From a virus (Duplodnaviria > Heunggongvirae > Uroviricota > Caudoviricetes): DNA of 51,153 nucleotides. Below, piece by piece: positions 1-9,240 of the stretch. The translations under genes were made by a program, and so were the position numbers. Positions within the stretch are counted from its first letter, which is position 1. The number at the start of each line of letters is the position of its first letter. The DNA is taken from the IMG/VR virus record IMGVR_UViG_3300025000_000056. One strand, 5' to 3'. The notes under the pieces are model-generated. The model made no database searches. It saw only the letters and a program-made list of their open reading frames with translations, and was not told where the DNA came from.

Positions 1-1
1 T

Positions 2-703
2 TTAACAGAGCTTGAATCACGGATTAACATGTCTAATTTAATCTTAACAGGTCTTGATATGCTTGAAAAACGTGTACAAGATTTTGAACTCTTACAAAAG
101 GACATATCAACTGTTCGCACAAAGACCTTGGAACTTGCGACAATTTACAGTCATTATGCTCATGTTAAGAAAACCCCTGTGCTTATTAGGGAAGCCGAGA
201 CTACTCTAATTCATCTTGAAACGATGCAAGATCTTAAATCAAAGCTTAGTAAAAATACAGAGGAACATATCTCGATTGAATCCGAGATGAAGATGATTCC
301 TAAGTATGATGCCGCCAAGATCCAAGAAGGTATCGAAGTTCTTAAGCACTTAAATGAACTAGAGTTAATTCAACGTAATTTAGGTACAGTTCAGTTTGGA
401 ATCTTTACTTTAGCTAATGATTTAAAACTTGCTAAGTCCGAAGACGCTATGTTAAGCTCAAGAATACCAGAGATCAAACAGTTAATTGATCGCTTGAAAG
501 ATCTTGAAAGTCTTAATGATGCCGTTCATGTGAATAAGCAAATGATTAAGTCCGAGGAATCTAAACTTGATCAACAAACTGAGCTTTATGATCAAAGCTT
601 AACAGATTATAAGGCAATGCTACTTGAAGCTGGTGAATGTCCTACGTGCCATAGTATAATCACGGATCGGGTCTTGGCTGGCATCTCAGGAAGGAGATCT
701 TAA
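2..703 (+). CDS. SbcC/Rad50-like N-terminal half, 5'-partial (coiled coil ending in the zinc hook)
   Basis: Frame is open from base 2; long coiled coil ending in ECPTCHS (Rad50 CxxC hook) followed by a stop; ATPase C-half lies downstream. Confidence 0.7.
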   Translation, partial: LTELESRINMSNLILTGLDMLEKRVQDFELLQKDISTVRTKTLELATIYSHYAHVKKTPVLIREAETTLIHLETMQDLKSKLSKNTEEHISIESEMKMIPKYDAAKIQEGIEVLKHLNELELIQRNLGTVQFGIFTLANDLKLAKSEDAMLSSRIPEIKQLIDRLKDLESLNDAVHVNKQMIKSEESKLDQQTELYDQSLTDYKAMLLEAGECPTCHSIITDRVLAGISGRRS

Positions 704-705
704 TT

Positions 706-1002
706 GTGAAATACGATGAAATTCATCTAGGAGATGGCGATAATCCTTGGTATTTAAATACGATTGGCGAAGATGGTAATCCTTATCGCTTTAAGGTTTT
801 AGCTTGTATACCGGATGATGATGGACACGAGTATGTTGTTCTCGAAGACGAAGACAAGAGACGAAACATCTATAAGCTCACGCATCAACGTACGCAAATA
901 CACAAGATTTTTGACAAAGTAGAGCAAGACTATGCTCTTAAGATTGTTAAAGAAGCACTTAAAATAGGATTTGAGGAGATGAAACGCCGTGGAAAACTAT
1001 GA
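706..1002 (+). CDS. Hypothetical protein, weakly DUF1292-like
   Basis: RBS AGGAG; FKVLACIPDDDGHEYVVLED resembles the DUF1292 pattern. Confidence 0.4.
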   Translation: MKYDEIHLGDGDNPWYLNTIGEDGNPYRFKVLACIPDDDGHEYVVLEDEDKRRNIYKLTHQRTQIHKIFDKVEQDYALKIVKEALKIGFEEMKRRGKL

Positions 1003-1261
1003 AATTAAGTTAAAAGAAATCAGCAAGCGATCCCAGGATGCTCAAAACTCTATGATTCGTTGTGAGACTAAGTTAGAATCATTAAACCAACGTCGTACGG
1101 AACTCTTAGCAGAGTGCGATAAAAAAGGTGTTGATCCCGATCAGATTGATGAAGCGATTGCTGCTGATAAAGCAAAGCTTGATGAATTGATTCAACAGAT
1201 CGACGGCTTCTTGCCGGACGAGGAGCTGATTGAAGATGACAACAATGCCCTCAGCTTCTGA
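989..1261 (+). CDS. Small coiled-coil protein (possible middle piece of the split SbcC)
   Basis: RBS AGGAG; 90 aa heptad-rich protein directly before the SbcC C-half. Confidence 0.5.
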   Translation: MENYEIKLKEISKRSQDAQNSMIRCETKLESLNQRRTELLAECDKKGVDPDQIDEAIAADKAKLDELIQQIDGFLPDEELIEDDNNALSF

Positions 1262-1913
1262 GTATAAGCAGCGCCTTACCGCTCTACAAAGTCACTTTGA
1301 TTCTCGTAAAGGTCAGCGTGATCAGTTAATCCAACAGAAGGCCGAGTTAACGTTTGAGATTGCTTCAAAGCAATATGAACTTAAAGGTCTTGAAGAAGCA
1401 CGGATCTTACTTCAACAAACCAGTGTTACGGCTCGTGACTATGCCAAAACTAAGCTCGAAGAGATCGTTACAAATGCCTTGCAGTATATTTTTACCTCGG
1501 ACTTCAGATTTGAGATTGAACTTGGAGAGTCCGGTGGTAAGCCACAAGCCGACTTCTTTGTCGTTAGTCTTCAAGATGGTATCGAGGTTCGCAATCGTCC
1601 TGAGGACAGTCGTGGTGGTGGCGTGGTTGATATCATTTCTCTCGCCCTCAGATGGGCTGTCCTTCAAATTCATGCAGACCCTAAGATGAATGGGCCTATG
1701 ATGCTTGATGAGCCAGGAAAGCACGTTTCTGAAGACTATGCGATTAAGCTTGCAGTCTTCTTGAAACAGATGAGTCAGCATTTTAAACGTCAGATCGTTA
1801 TGGTAACACATCAACCCCACTTGGCTGTCGCTGCGGATAATCTCTTTGAAGTAGAACTCAAAGGAGGTAAATCGATTGTTTCAGGAGTCAGTTCAGGAGC
1901 AGGAACTCCTTGA
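1236..1913 (+). CDS. SbcC/Rad50-like ABC-ATPase C-terminal half
   Basis: Coiled coil, then signature-like SRGGGVVDIISLALR, Walker B MMLDEPG, H-loop MVTHQ; ATG 1236 is 10 nt after AGGAG. Confidence 0.85.
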   Translation: MTTMPSASEYKQRLTALQSHFDSRKGQRDQLIQQKAELTFEIASKQYELKGLEEARILLQQTSVTARDYAKTKLEEIVTNALQYIFTSDFRFEIELGESGGKPQADFFVVSLQDGIEVRNRPEDSRGGGVVDIISLALRWAVLQIHADPKMNGPMMLDEPGKHVSEDYAIKLAVFLKQMSQHFKRQIVMVTHQPHLAVAADNLFEVELKGGKSIVSGVSSGAGTP

Positions 1914-2160
1914 GCTTCAAGAAACTGTTGAGAAACCAGATAGTATTTATAAGACATCGGCTATCCATAACTTGTACATCAAGAAATTCTGGAAGACAAC
2001 TAAGAGTCAATTAGATATAGAGATACGTACGGCAAACTATCTTGTAGTTTTAGTTGACCTTAGTATGGCTCAAATTATTTCTTGGTGGAGACAAAAAGAT
2101 AAGCCTATGATCTTAGAGCCTATGATCTATGGAACACTGGAGGATGATTCGAATGTTTAG
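1876..2160 (+). CDS. Hypothetical protein
   Basis: RBS AAGGAGG; coupled to neighbours. Confidence 0.6.
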   Translation: MFQESVQEQELLELQETVEKPDSIYKTSAIHNLYIKKFWKTTKSQLDIEIRTANYLVVLVDLSMAQIISWWRQKDKPMILEPMIYGTLEDDSNV

Positions 2161-2509
2161 ATGTCCTAGCTGTGGTCAAGCAAGGCGTATGCCTTCAAGA
2201 AATGGCGAGTACTATCAACCAATGACAATGGATATAACTTTCTCACTAATCAAGAATTTACCTCCAGTTATTGTGACTGAACTAAATGTTTGTGACGTAG
2301 TCGTATGTCCAGTATGTGATCAACCAAATATTTCAGTTAGCTGGAAAGAAGCCTGGGATAATCCTATGAAGTATTTTGAAGCGGATAATCTATGTCATTG
2401 CGGTGGCGAACTGTGGATGGATCAAGTTGAAGGTACGCCACAATATGCTTTTATCTGTGAAAAATGTGGCTGGGTTAAACCAAAATCCGCTGTAAGTGGA
2501 GCCAGTTAG
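2153..2509 (+). CDS. Multi-CxxC zinc-ribbon protein
   Basis: CPSC, CPVC, CHC, CEKC; GGAGG 9 nt before ATG 2153. Confidence 0.65.
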   Translation: MFRCPSCGQARRMPSRNGEYYQPMTMDITFSLIKNLPPVIVTELNVCDVVVCPVCDQPNISVSWKEAWDNPMKYFEADNLCHCGGELWMDQVEGTPQYAFICEKCGWVKPKSAVSGAS

Positions 2510-2525
2510 TAAAGGAGATAAGTAG

Positions 2526-2738
2526 ATGTTTACACCTGATGAAATATATATCGTTGAAAAAGAATATTCTAATTGTCCTGAAAAGATTGATATACGTGTC
2601 GGAGATCAAATTCAGATCATTGAAAAGATTGGAGAGTCTTATAAGGTTCTAAACTTAAGTCTTGGCATCTCGGATGTCTGGACTATTATAAGTGAAGATG
2701 ACCTTATTGATCTTATAAGATTCGAAGACATTAAGTAA
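2526..2738 (+). CDS. Small hypothetical protein (SH3-like beta pattern)
   Basis: RBS AAAGGAG; IRVGDQIQIIEKIGESYKV. Confidence 0.5.
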   Translation: MFTPDEIYIVEKEYSNCPEKIDIRVGDQIQIIEKIGESYKVLNLSLGISDVWTIISEDDLIDLIRFEDIK

Positions 2739-2745
2739 TCCGTTC

Positions 2746-2781
2746 TATTCTCCTGCTCTCCCCTTCGGGAGCAGGAGAATA
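2746..2781 (+). promoter_or_regulatory. Stem-loop upstream of the primase gene (no U-tract)
   Basis: TATTCTCCTGCTC/GAGCAGGAGAATA 13-bp stem with an inner cTTCGg loop. Confidence 0.6.
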
Positions 2782-2805
2782 TCACTTTAAAAGGAGGTTA
2801 GAAAG

Positions 2806-4032
2806 TTGCACGTCAGTACAGAATTACGTAATGAAATCTGCGAATTAAATCCTCTAGTTGATGTCTTTGCAGAAGAGCGCTTTGAGTTAGAAGATGCCGG
2901 TGGAAATATCTATCGCATGAAGTGCTTTAATAAAGAGCATCGTGACAGCGAACCCAGTATGGTCGTATATAAGGATACACAAACCTTTAGTTGTTTCGGA
3001 TGCAGTATTGCTGATAAGAAACATGGCGGCGTTGGGTCAGATGTTATTGCGTTTATTATGTATCATAAGGATCTTTCATTTCAAGAAGCCTGTGAATACT
3101 TAATGAATCGTGCTGACATACCTATTCCAGAAGACAAAGTTAACCCTAAGATTGAATCTCTAAAGAAATATAAGACCGATAGAAATCGTGACTATTACGA
3201 AGAGTTACGTAAGAATCCTAAGATTATTCGGTACTTACAAAATCGTGGTTTAACACCGGCTAGTATTTCTAAGTGGCGATTTGGTCTCGTTCCTGACAAT
3301 GTTAAGTGGGAGGAAATCCGTGGTAGGTTAGCGATTGGTCTTCATGATTTGATGTTAAAGCAGACATCAACGATTGCTATGGCCTATCGTACATTAAGTG
3401 ACGACAGTCCAAAATATCTTAATGATCCAACAAGTCTTATTTATAATAAGACATGGTATCTATTTGGATTGAACTTTGCAAGACAATCCATAAGGAAAAA
3501 CAAGTTTGCTATTGTCATGGAGGGATACTTTGATGTCATACTTTCTCATCAAGTAGGACTCGATATGACGGTCGGAACCTGTGGAACAAGTTTTACAGAC
3601 GAACAAATGGCAATGCTTAGAAAGTATACGAACTCTATCTACTTATGGTATGACTCAGATAAACCTGGAATAGAAGCAACACTTAAACATCTACCATCTT
3701 TATTTAAATTGGGATTTAAAGTAGATGTCGTTCGGACAATTGGTGTTAAAGATCCAGGAGAACTTCTCATCGGTATGAACTTAGCAGAAGCTAAGGATTA
3801 TATGATAGAAAGTTCATTACCGGCGATGCAGTTTGCTATCAATAATTATTGTGTTCAGCTTTATGACGCAATAGAAAGGGGAGCGCCAGACAACATTGTA
3901 CTTCAAGAGAAAATCAGAGCTCTACGATCCTTGCTTGATTTATTAAGCTGTGTTCAAGATCAAGCAGAGCGAATCGCTTATGCAGATCTTATTAACCACA
4001 AGCTTAACACAGCAATAAGTATTGCAATTTAA
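2806..4032 (+). CDS. dnaG: DnaG-type DNA primase
   Basis: Zn-binding CFNKEH...FSCFGC, KYLNDP, TOPRIM VMEGYFDV and YLWYDSDKPG; TTG start after AGGAGG. Confidence 0.92.
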   Translation: MHVSTELRNEICELNPLVDVFAEERFELEDAGGNIYRMKCFNKEHRDSEPSMVVYKDTQTFSCFGCSIADKKHGGVGSDVIAFIMYHKDLSFQEACEYLMNRADIPIPEDKVNPKIESLKKYKTDRNRDYYEELRKNPKIIRYLQNRGLTPASISKWRFGLVPDNVKWEEIRGRLAIGLHDLMLKQTSTIAMAYRTLSDDSPKYLNDPTSLIYNKTWYLFGLNFARQSIRKNKFAIVMEGYFDVILSHQVGLDMTVGTCGTSFTDEQMAMLRKYTNSIYLWYDSDKPGIEATLKHLPSLFKLGFKVDVVRTIGVKDPGELLIGMNLAEAKDYMIESSLPAMQFAINNYCVQLYDAIERGAPDNIVLQEKIRALRSLLDLLSCVQDQAERIAYADLINHKLNTAISIAI

Positions 4033-4044
4033 AGGAGAAAATCT

Positions 4045-4740
4045 ATGTATAATATTATGGATATCAAGGCTTGGAATGAACATGAAGCGGAATGTAAGTT
4101 TAGTAACCTATATCCAGACTTGACAGTAGCAGGTGTATCGGAGAAAATTACCCCTATAACTGCTGATGGAGTAACCGTAGAAGATCATCCCGTAAAGGGT
4201 TCTCGTCATTGGATTTTAAGACATTATATTTATCAATGCAAAGAAATCAAAATCAATAAAAATCTCAATGGAGAACTTGAAGAGTCTTATGAAGGACTCA
4301 AACTTGTCAATCGTGATATAGAATCTAAAACGGAAGCCGTCAAAGAAGCCAAGAAATTAACACTGTCAACATATCGTCCTCATTCGGTTCGTATTGTTAA
4401 GATACTAGATGGTAATGCCTCAAATGTTGTTTGTGATGTATTACCTAAAGGTGGAGAAGCCGGTACTTACACGATCGTTTATACTCAGTTAGATCCTAGA
4501 TATGCGATCAAGCTTACGAATAAAGTAACGTTAGCAAGTGCTATATCAATTGGTTTCGAAGATGAACTTGGGCATATCTTATCAGAGTTTAAAGCCGATT
4601 GGCTATCCGGCAAAGAAGGGACTGTCATAGGTATAAATCCTGATGGATCTTATATTGTTGAAGTTGATGGAGAACATACTTGTTATACTTATGGCCCTTC
4701 GATGCTTTGTAATCTAGAGTTCGAAGAGGAGGTGATCTAA
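4045..4740 (+). CDS. Hypothetical protein, paralog A of a tandem pair
   Basis: Shares VKG.R.WI..YYIYQC.EIK and K..AVK.AK..TL....PH.VRIVK.L with the next ORF. Confidence 0.7.
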   Translation: MYNIMDIKAWNEHEAECKFSNLYPDLTVAGVSEKITPITADGVTVEDHPVKGSRHWILRHYIYQCKEIKINKNLNGELEESYEGLKLVNRDIESKTEAVKEAKKLTLSTYRPHSVRIVKILDGNASNVVCDVLPKGGEAGTYTIVYTQLDPRYAIKLTNKVTLASAISIGFEDELGHILSEFKADWLSGKEGTVIGINPDGSYIVEVDGEHTCYTYGPSMLCNLEFEEEVI

Positions 4741-5477
4741 TGTATACTATGCAAGCTTATTACTGTTGGCTTGAAGAAGATGCTATTGGTTTCTTTAGAA
4801 GAGATCATGGAGACGCAAAGATTATCAATGTCAGTCAACGGTATCCGGGCGTAAATCCCACGCAATGCCTCAATGATGATCGTAAAGTTAAGGGAGCGAG
4901 AACCTGGATTAGTCAATATTATATCTATCAATGTAATGAGATTAAGAAGGATCCAATTACTGGAGAGAATATTTATATTGGTATGCGTTTAGCCGGTAGT
5001 TCTGAAGCTAAACTTGACGCCGTTAAGCAAGCTAAAGAATTTACATTAGCTAATCAATTACCTCATACCGTTCGAATTGTGAAAGTCTTAACAGACTCTA
5101 ACATTGTAAGTAATCACTGGGTTAAAAACGGAAATACGCCTTGTTGGGATATACTTTATTGTGAAGGTCTTCTCGACAGTGAACTTATTAATGAATCGGA
5201 TAAAATTTCTCTTAATCCATCTGTTAAGTCTGGTGATCACAGTACAAACATTAATGCTCGACTCGAATACAATGCGATGACCTGGCTTAATAACAATGCT
5301 CCAGTTGTTGTTTCTAAGATTGAGGGAGCAAAAGTTACCCTTGCTGGAAATAATTCTATCTTTGATATCAATTGGCTTTGTAAATTTATAGAGCCCATTG
5401 ATATTCCAGAAGACGAACAAGACGAAGAAGATGATTTTGAATTTGACGGCTTCTGGAATGACGAAGAAACTGCATAA
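4740..5477 (+). CDS. Hypothetical protein, paralog B of a tandem pair, acidic tail
   Basis: Same central block as 4045-4740; C-terminus EDEQDEEDDFEFDGFWNDEETA. Confidence 0.7.
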   Translation: MYTMQAYYCWLEEDAIGFFRRDHGDAKIINVSQRYPGVNPTQCLNDDRKVKGARTWISQYYIYQCNEIKKDPITGENIYIGMRLAGSSEAKLDAVKQAKEFTLANQLPHTVRIVKVLTDSNIVSNHWVKNGNTPCWDILYCEGLLDSELINESDKISLNPSVKSGDHSTNINARLEYNAMTWLNNNAPVVVSKIEGAKVTLAGNNSIFDINWLCKFIEPIDIPEDEQDEEDDFEFDGFWNDEETA

Positions 5478-5521
5478 AGCATTACAAATCGGGAATACTA
5501 ATTGTAACATGGAGGGATCCA

Positions 5522-5830
5522 ATGCTTAATCTGGTATTAGCAATGACTAATTTAATTGATCAATGTTATGATGCTGATCCTCTCCATTATGTCGTGACTT
5601 ATAAAAATGATAAGGTCGTAATTAATGATGGTTTATTGTTTAGCGATGCTGTCCTAAAGTTCTTAGAATGTAATCACTTAACTCTCTGTGATTACATTCA
5701 AGAGCTTAAGACTTTATCAAATCTAGAACAACAAGAAGCCCGCATTATGGATGATATATCTCCTGAGCTTTGGCATAATTATGTTGAAGTTCAAATGGAT
5801 CGATATCAACAAGACTTAGAAAGGAGATAA
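5522..5830 (+). CDS. Hypothetical protein
   Basis: RBS GGAGG; in operon. Confidence 0.6.
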   Translation: MLNLVLAMTNLIDQCYDADPLHYVVTYKNDKVVINDGLLFSDAVLKFLECNHLTLCDYIQELKTLSNLEQQEARIMDDISPELWHNYVEVQMDRYQQDLERR

Positions 5831-5832
5831 TT

Positions 5833-6057
5833 ATGCCAGCATGGACTATAAGTTGGGCTGTTGACTCGACTGGTAAGATTGAAGAGAAATGGAAACTCTG
5901 TAAAAATGATACTGAAGTTGTGGGTACTCTTAAAGATATTCTTTATGCTGATGGTGTTACTGGGGAAATTGTTGTAACTCCTCATAGCACAGAATCCGCA
6001 CCCGTACGATTTCATCCTATGAGCGAAACAGAAAAGATTAGGAGGATTCAAGTATGA
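5833..6057 (+). CDS. Hypothetical protein
   Basis: RBS AAGGAG; ATGA overlap with next gene. Confidence 0.6.
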   Translation: MPAWTISWAVDSTGKIEEKWKLCKNDTEVVGTLKDILYADGVTGEIVVTPHSTESAPVRFHPMSETEKIRRIQV

Positions 6058-6275
6058 AAGACACATGCGATCGCTGCGGTAGACATACCATCGTAACCAT
6101 GGTATCTATGATGAATACAGATTCTCTTTGTATGGATTGTAAGTGCGATGAACAAAGTCATTCTCGTTATAAAGAAGCTCGTGATGCCGAAGCGGCCGCA
6201 TGTTGTGCTGGAGATTTTAATTATCCTGGATTATTTGCTGGTCAGAAATATCCATTTAAAATTAAGGAGAATTAA
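6054..6275 (+). CDS. Small Cys-rich (zinc-finger-like) protein
   Basis: CDRCG...LCMDC; RBS AGGAGG. Confidence 0.6.
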   Translation: MKDTCDRCGRHTIVTMVSMMNTDSLCMDCKCDEQSHSRYKEARDAEAAACCAGDFNYPGLFAGQKYPFKIKEN

Positions 6276-6276
6276 T

Positions 6277-6606
6277 ATGAACAATATTCCCCTTAATAAT
6301 GGTAAGGAAGCTATCTATACTAAGACCGTCTCAAGACTTATACCGGATCTTGATCCAAAGAATAAGAGCAATGTTTATTATTACGATGCTCCGTGTCCTG
6401 TTTGTTCTTACCCTAATGTTGTTTATAGTTATGACGGCAGAACCTTTGCAAGTTTTCAGGTAACATGTCGTAGCTGTGGAGTCTTTTATAGACCGGTAAT
6501 TAAGCAGACTCCAGGAACCTATATAGCCGCTAAGTCAGAAGTTAAATCGCAACCACAAGTTAGAGGACGTATGATGAGAGACAATGTAATCGATGACAAA
6601 TGGTAA
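6277..6606 (+). CDS. Zinc-ribbon protein
   Basis: CPVC...CRSC; ATG 6277 follows AAGGAG, so the longer 6148 start is unlikely. Confidence 0.6.
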   Translation: MNNIPLNNGKEAIYTKTVSRLIPDLDPKNKSNVYYYDAPCPVCSYPNVVYSYDGRTFASFQVTCRSCGVFYRPVIKQTPGTYIAAKSEVKSQPQVRGRMMRDNVIDDKW

Positions 6607-6618
6607 AGGAGGGACAGC

Positions 6619-7023
6619 ATGACAGGCTATACACATTTGATGACCGGCATTGTGATGAGCGATGGCTTAAAACTTAATGCTCAGGATACTATACTGTGTA
6701 TGTTTGCTACTTTACTTCCAGACATCGATAAGAAGTGTAGTATTCTCGGGCGCTTTAATCCACTGGCTAAGTATATAAAGCATCGAGGAATTACTCATCA
6801 TCCCTTAATAATCTTAGTCATAAGTGTATTACTTTCTAAATATCACTTAGAGACGCCTTTCTTTTTTGGAGCTCTATCTCATTTGTTCCTTGATAGTTTG
6901 ACACCTATGGGAATTCCACTATGGAATAAACATCGGTTACACCTGGCTTATATCCCTACGGGTTCTATGGGAGAATGGACAGTCTTTCTCATAATCTCAT
7001 TATTACCAATACTTTGGAGGTGA
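6619..7023 (+). CDS. Membrane-bound metal-dependent hydrolase (YdjM/DUF457-like)
   Basis: MTGYTH, LLPDID, HRGITH, SHLFLDSLTPMGIPL motifs. Confidence 0.85.
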   Translation: MTGYTHLMTGIVMSDGLKLNAQDTILCMFATLLPDIDKKCSILGRFNPLAKYIKHRGITHHPLIILVISVLLSKYHLETPFFFGALSHLFLDSLTPMGIPLWNKHRLHLAYIPTGSMGEWTVFLIISLLPILWR

Positions 7024-7026
7024 GTC

Positions 7027-7605
7027 ATGTATAAAAGTAAAGATCAAGAGTTTATGGATCGATTAAAGAAATCAATCTATAAGGCTAAAGAGATCGATAA
7101 GCCCGGTAAGGAATATGTATGGCAACATATGAAGAAGCACATTCAAATGGAAGATCTTCGAACCTATGCTATTACTAAACTTCCTGGCTATATTATTAAG
7201 CTAGGTCAGGGTGATTATAATGTACCGGTTGTTGTCGTGACTCAAAATACTATGACCATAGAAGAGTCTGCTTTATTACTCGATGCATTAAAGGCTGCTA
7301 ATTTATCGGTTCAAGATATTTATTGCACGACGGTTGTCAAGACCGAAGAAGAATCAACCGAGGTAACAAATCATGTTAAGGCCGCTATCTATAATGAAAT
7401 CGTCGCCGCAGAGATTACAATTATTAATCCTAAGGCAATCTTAATAATTGGTGAAACAAGCTATCTATGGGAAGATCGATTGCCTATTGCTTGGTCTGCA
7501 GCGTCGCTGGCTGATTGTTTAACAAGTGACTCAGTGTTACAGAAAAAGCACAAAACATCTCTTTGGAAAGCATTACAAAGAGTAATGCAATATGTTAATG
7601 CTTAA
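7027..7605 (+). CDS. Uracil-DNA-glycosylase-like fold protein, degenerate
   Basis: YCTTVVK, EITIINPKAILIIGET and C-terminal LWKALQRV resemble family-4 UDG scaffolds; catalytic and Fe-S motifs not evident. Confidence 0.45.
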   Translation: MYKSKDQEFMDRLKKSIYKAKEIDKPGKEYVWQHMKKHIQMEDLRTYAITKLPGYIIKLGQGDYNVPVVVVTQNTMTIEESALLLDALKAANLSVQDIYCTTVVKTEEESTEVTNHVKAAIYNEIVAAEITIINPKAILIIGETSYLWEDRLPIAWSAASLADCLTSDSVLQKKHKTSLWKALQRVMQYVNA

Positions 7606-7634
7606 TTGACTCCCTGTTTATTGTATGATACACT
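7606..7634 (+). promoter_or_regulatory. sigmaA-type promoter with extended -10
   Basis: TTGACT (7606-11), 17 nt, TACACT (7629-34) preceded by TGn. Confidence 0.7.
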
Positions 7635-7691
7635 TACATTACATTTAAGAATGCCGCCGAGAATCTAACTATATTATAGGAGGATGCGGCT

Positions 7692-8162
7692 ATGACAGAA
7701 AGTATATCCGTAAGACAGCAGACCCAAGAACAAATCATTGAGTACATTCAGAGACATAGTTCCGATGGAAAATTAACAAGGTCTCTAATGACAATTGCTC
7801 AACAAATAGGGTATAGTAATGCAACGGTTCATAGAGCTATGAAAAAGCTTGAAGCTATTGGTATGATTAAGATCATACCAAGTGACAAGCCAACAGAGCC
7901 AAACACAATTGTTTATCTAGGCCCTGCTACAACTAAACCAAGTGAGGCTACAACGCAAGGAACAAAACTTGTTCGAGAGCTTCAGGAATTATCACAGGAA
8001 ATGTTTGGGTACTTCGAAAACTTATCTAAGAGAATGAAACAATATGAAACTGATCTTCAAACGTATTACGAATTACAAAGTCGATTAGTAGATGTTGTAA
8101 ATTTACCGGACGATAAGTATCAAGTAATGATTCTTATGAAATCAGATAAGGTACTAGAGTAG
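7692..8162 (+). CDS. Winged-helix transcriptional regulator with C-terminal coiled coil
   Basis: SLMTIAQQIGYSNATVHRAMKKLEAIGMIKI HTH-wing pattern. Confidence 0.8.
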   Translation: MTESISVRQQTQEQIIEYIQRHSSDGKLTRSLMTIAQQIGYSNATVHRAMKKLEAIGMIKIIPSDKPTEPNTIVYLGPATTKPSEATTQGTKLVRELQELSQEMFGYFENLSKRMKQYETDLQTYYELQSRLVDVVNLPDDKYQVMILMKSDKVLE

Positions 8163-8191
8163 GTTTACATTAACGTGTAGGCCTACTTTTT
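8158..8191 (+). terminator. Probable intrinsic terminator
   Basis: AGTAGGTTTACAT/GTGTAGGCCTACT stem (G-U pairs) followed by a T run. Confidence 0.55.
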
Positions 8192-8209
8192 ATCTACGGA
8201 GGTAAGACT

Positions 8210-8464
8210 ATGGGATTTATTAATTTGGACCCTTTAGAAGAAGCCTTACTTGGCTTAGACGTCGCTCAAGCTTTACTCGATAAAGCAAGAGAAGACTTTA
8301 AGAATAATCCTGATCTCTTAAATAAATATGAAGTTATTAGTTTAGAAGCTATAGCTTCTTATGAAAAGGAGATTAAACTACTTAGAGAATTAGCTGCAAG
8401 TGTTAAGCTAGCTCAAGAGTATGACAAAGAACTTGATCAATTAAAGGGGGAGTTAAATGAGTAA
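8210..8464 (+). CDS. Hypothetical helical protein
   Basis: RBS GGAGGT. Confidence 0.6.
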   Translation: MGFINLDPLEEALLGLDVAQALLDKAREDFKNNPDLLNKYEVISLEAIASYEKEIKLLRELAASVKLAQEYDKELDQLKGELNE

Positions 8465-8765
8465 ATTCTTAGCAATCTTAAACCCTATTGCTGATCTTCT
8501 TGAACGAAAGAACCAAGACTATGGTAGTTCCTTTTATCAACTTAGGGATAAGTATGGCCCTGTAAGTTTTTATCTTCGTATCATGGATAAACTTAATCGG
8601 CTAGAACAACTTGATCAAAACCCTGCTCGTGTCCATGATGAATCAACAGAGGATACACTGAGGGATATCATTGGATACTGTACACTGGAACTTGATTATC
8701 GTATAAGAAACGAAAGAGGTGCTAACTTTGAGTCGACAGGGTGCCAAATTAAAAACATCAGTTAA
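8457..8765 (+). CDS. DUF1599 / nucleotide-modification-associated domain 1-like protein
   Basis: LERKNQDYG...RIMDKLNRL...DESTEDTLRDIIGY family pattern. Confidence 0.75.
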   Translation: MSKFLAILNPIADLLERKNQDYGSSFYQLRDKYGPVSFYLRIMDKLNRLEQLDQNPARVHDESTEDTLRDIIGYCTLELDYRIRNERGANFESTGCQIKNIS

Positions 8766-9240
8766 CAAACCCGATACCAGTAGGCCATTGAACGCCACAG
8801 CATGGCAACAACTTGAACAGTATTATACGGAGCTCGTAACTCAGATCACGATTCCGGAAGATCCCGAACCCAATGACATTAAGTATGTCGTCTCTGCGAT
8901 TGATTCTGTCTACGCCGAAGCTCGACTTGATCTTGCGAAGGCTCGTCGCGGTCATGACCGTATTGAGCGTAAGTATAAGTTAGCCTCTAAAGAAGCTTAC
9001 TTAGCCGTTAAAGACGCGGGAAAAACTGAGAAGGATAAAGAGGCCTTAGCCGTTGCTTACATCCGCTCAACGAAACTTGACGCCGACCCTATGCCAGTCA
9101 CTGACATGTTAGATATTGCCGAAGAACGATATCTATTCATGCAAGCTGTCGTTGATGTCTTAAATGATAAATCAAATAAGTGCATCATCGAAAATGGCTT
9201 ACTCAAGATTGATGTAAGCTTAGGCGGTCAAGGTGCTTAA
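8719..9240 (+). CDS. Coiled-coil protein, possibly a UvsY-like recombination mediator
   Basis: Long amphipathic helices in a recombination neighbourhood; the UvsY resemblance is weak. Confidence 0.4.
   Translation: MLTLSRQGAKLKTSVNKPDTSRPLNATAWQQLEQYYTELVTQITIPEDPEPNDIKYVVSAIDSVYAEARLDLAKARRGHDRIERKYKLASKEAYLAVKDAGKTEKDKEALAVAYIRSTKLDADPMPVTDMLDIAEERYLFMQAVVDVLNDKSNKCIIENGLLKIDVSLGGQGA

Noticed and set aside
1354-1820. Alternative-frame and antisense ORFs 1354-1689 (+) and 1407-1820 (-)
   Set aside because: They lie wholly inside the SbcC C-half, lack an RBS and have shadow-like composition; the same applies to 4737-4931, 5088-5522, 5237-5482, 5806-6066, 8758-8955, 9509-9829, 10702-10917 and 11797-12003
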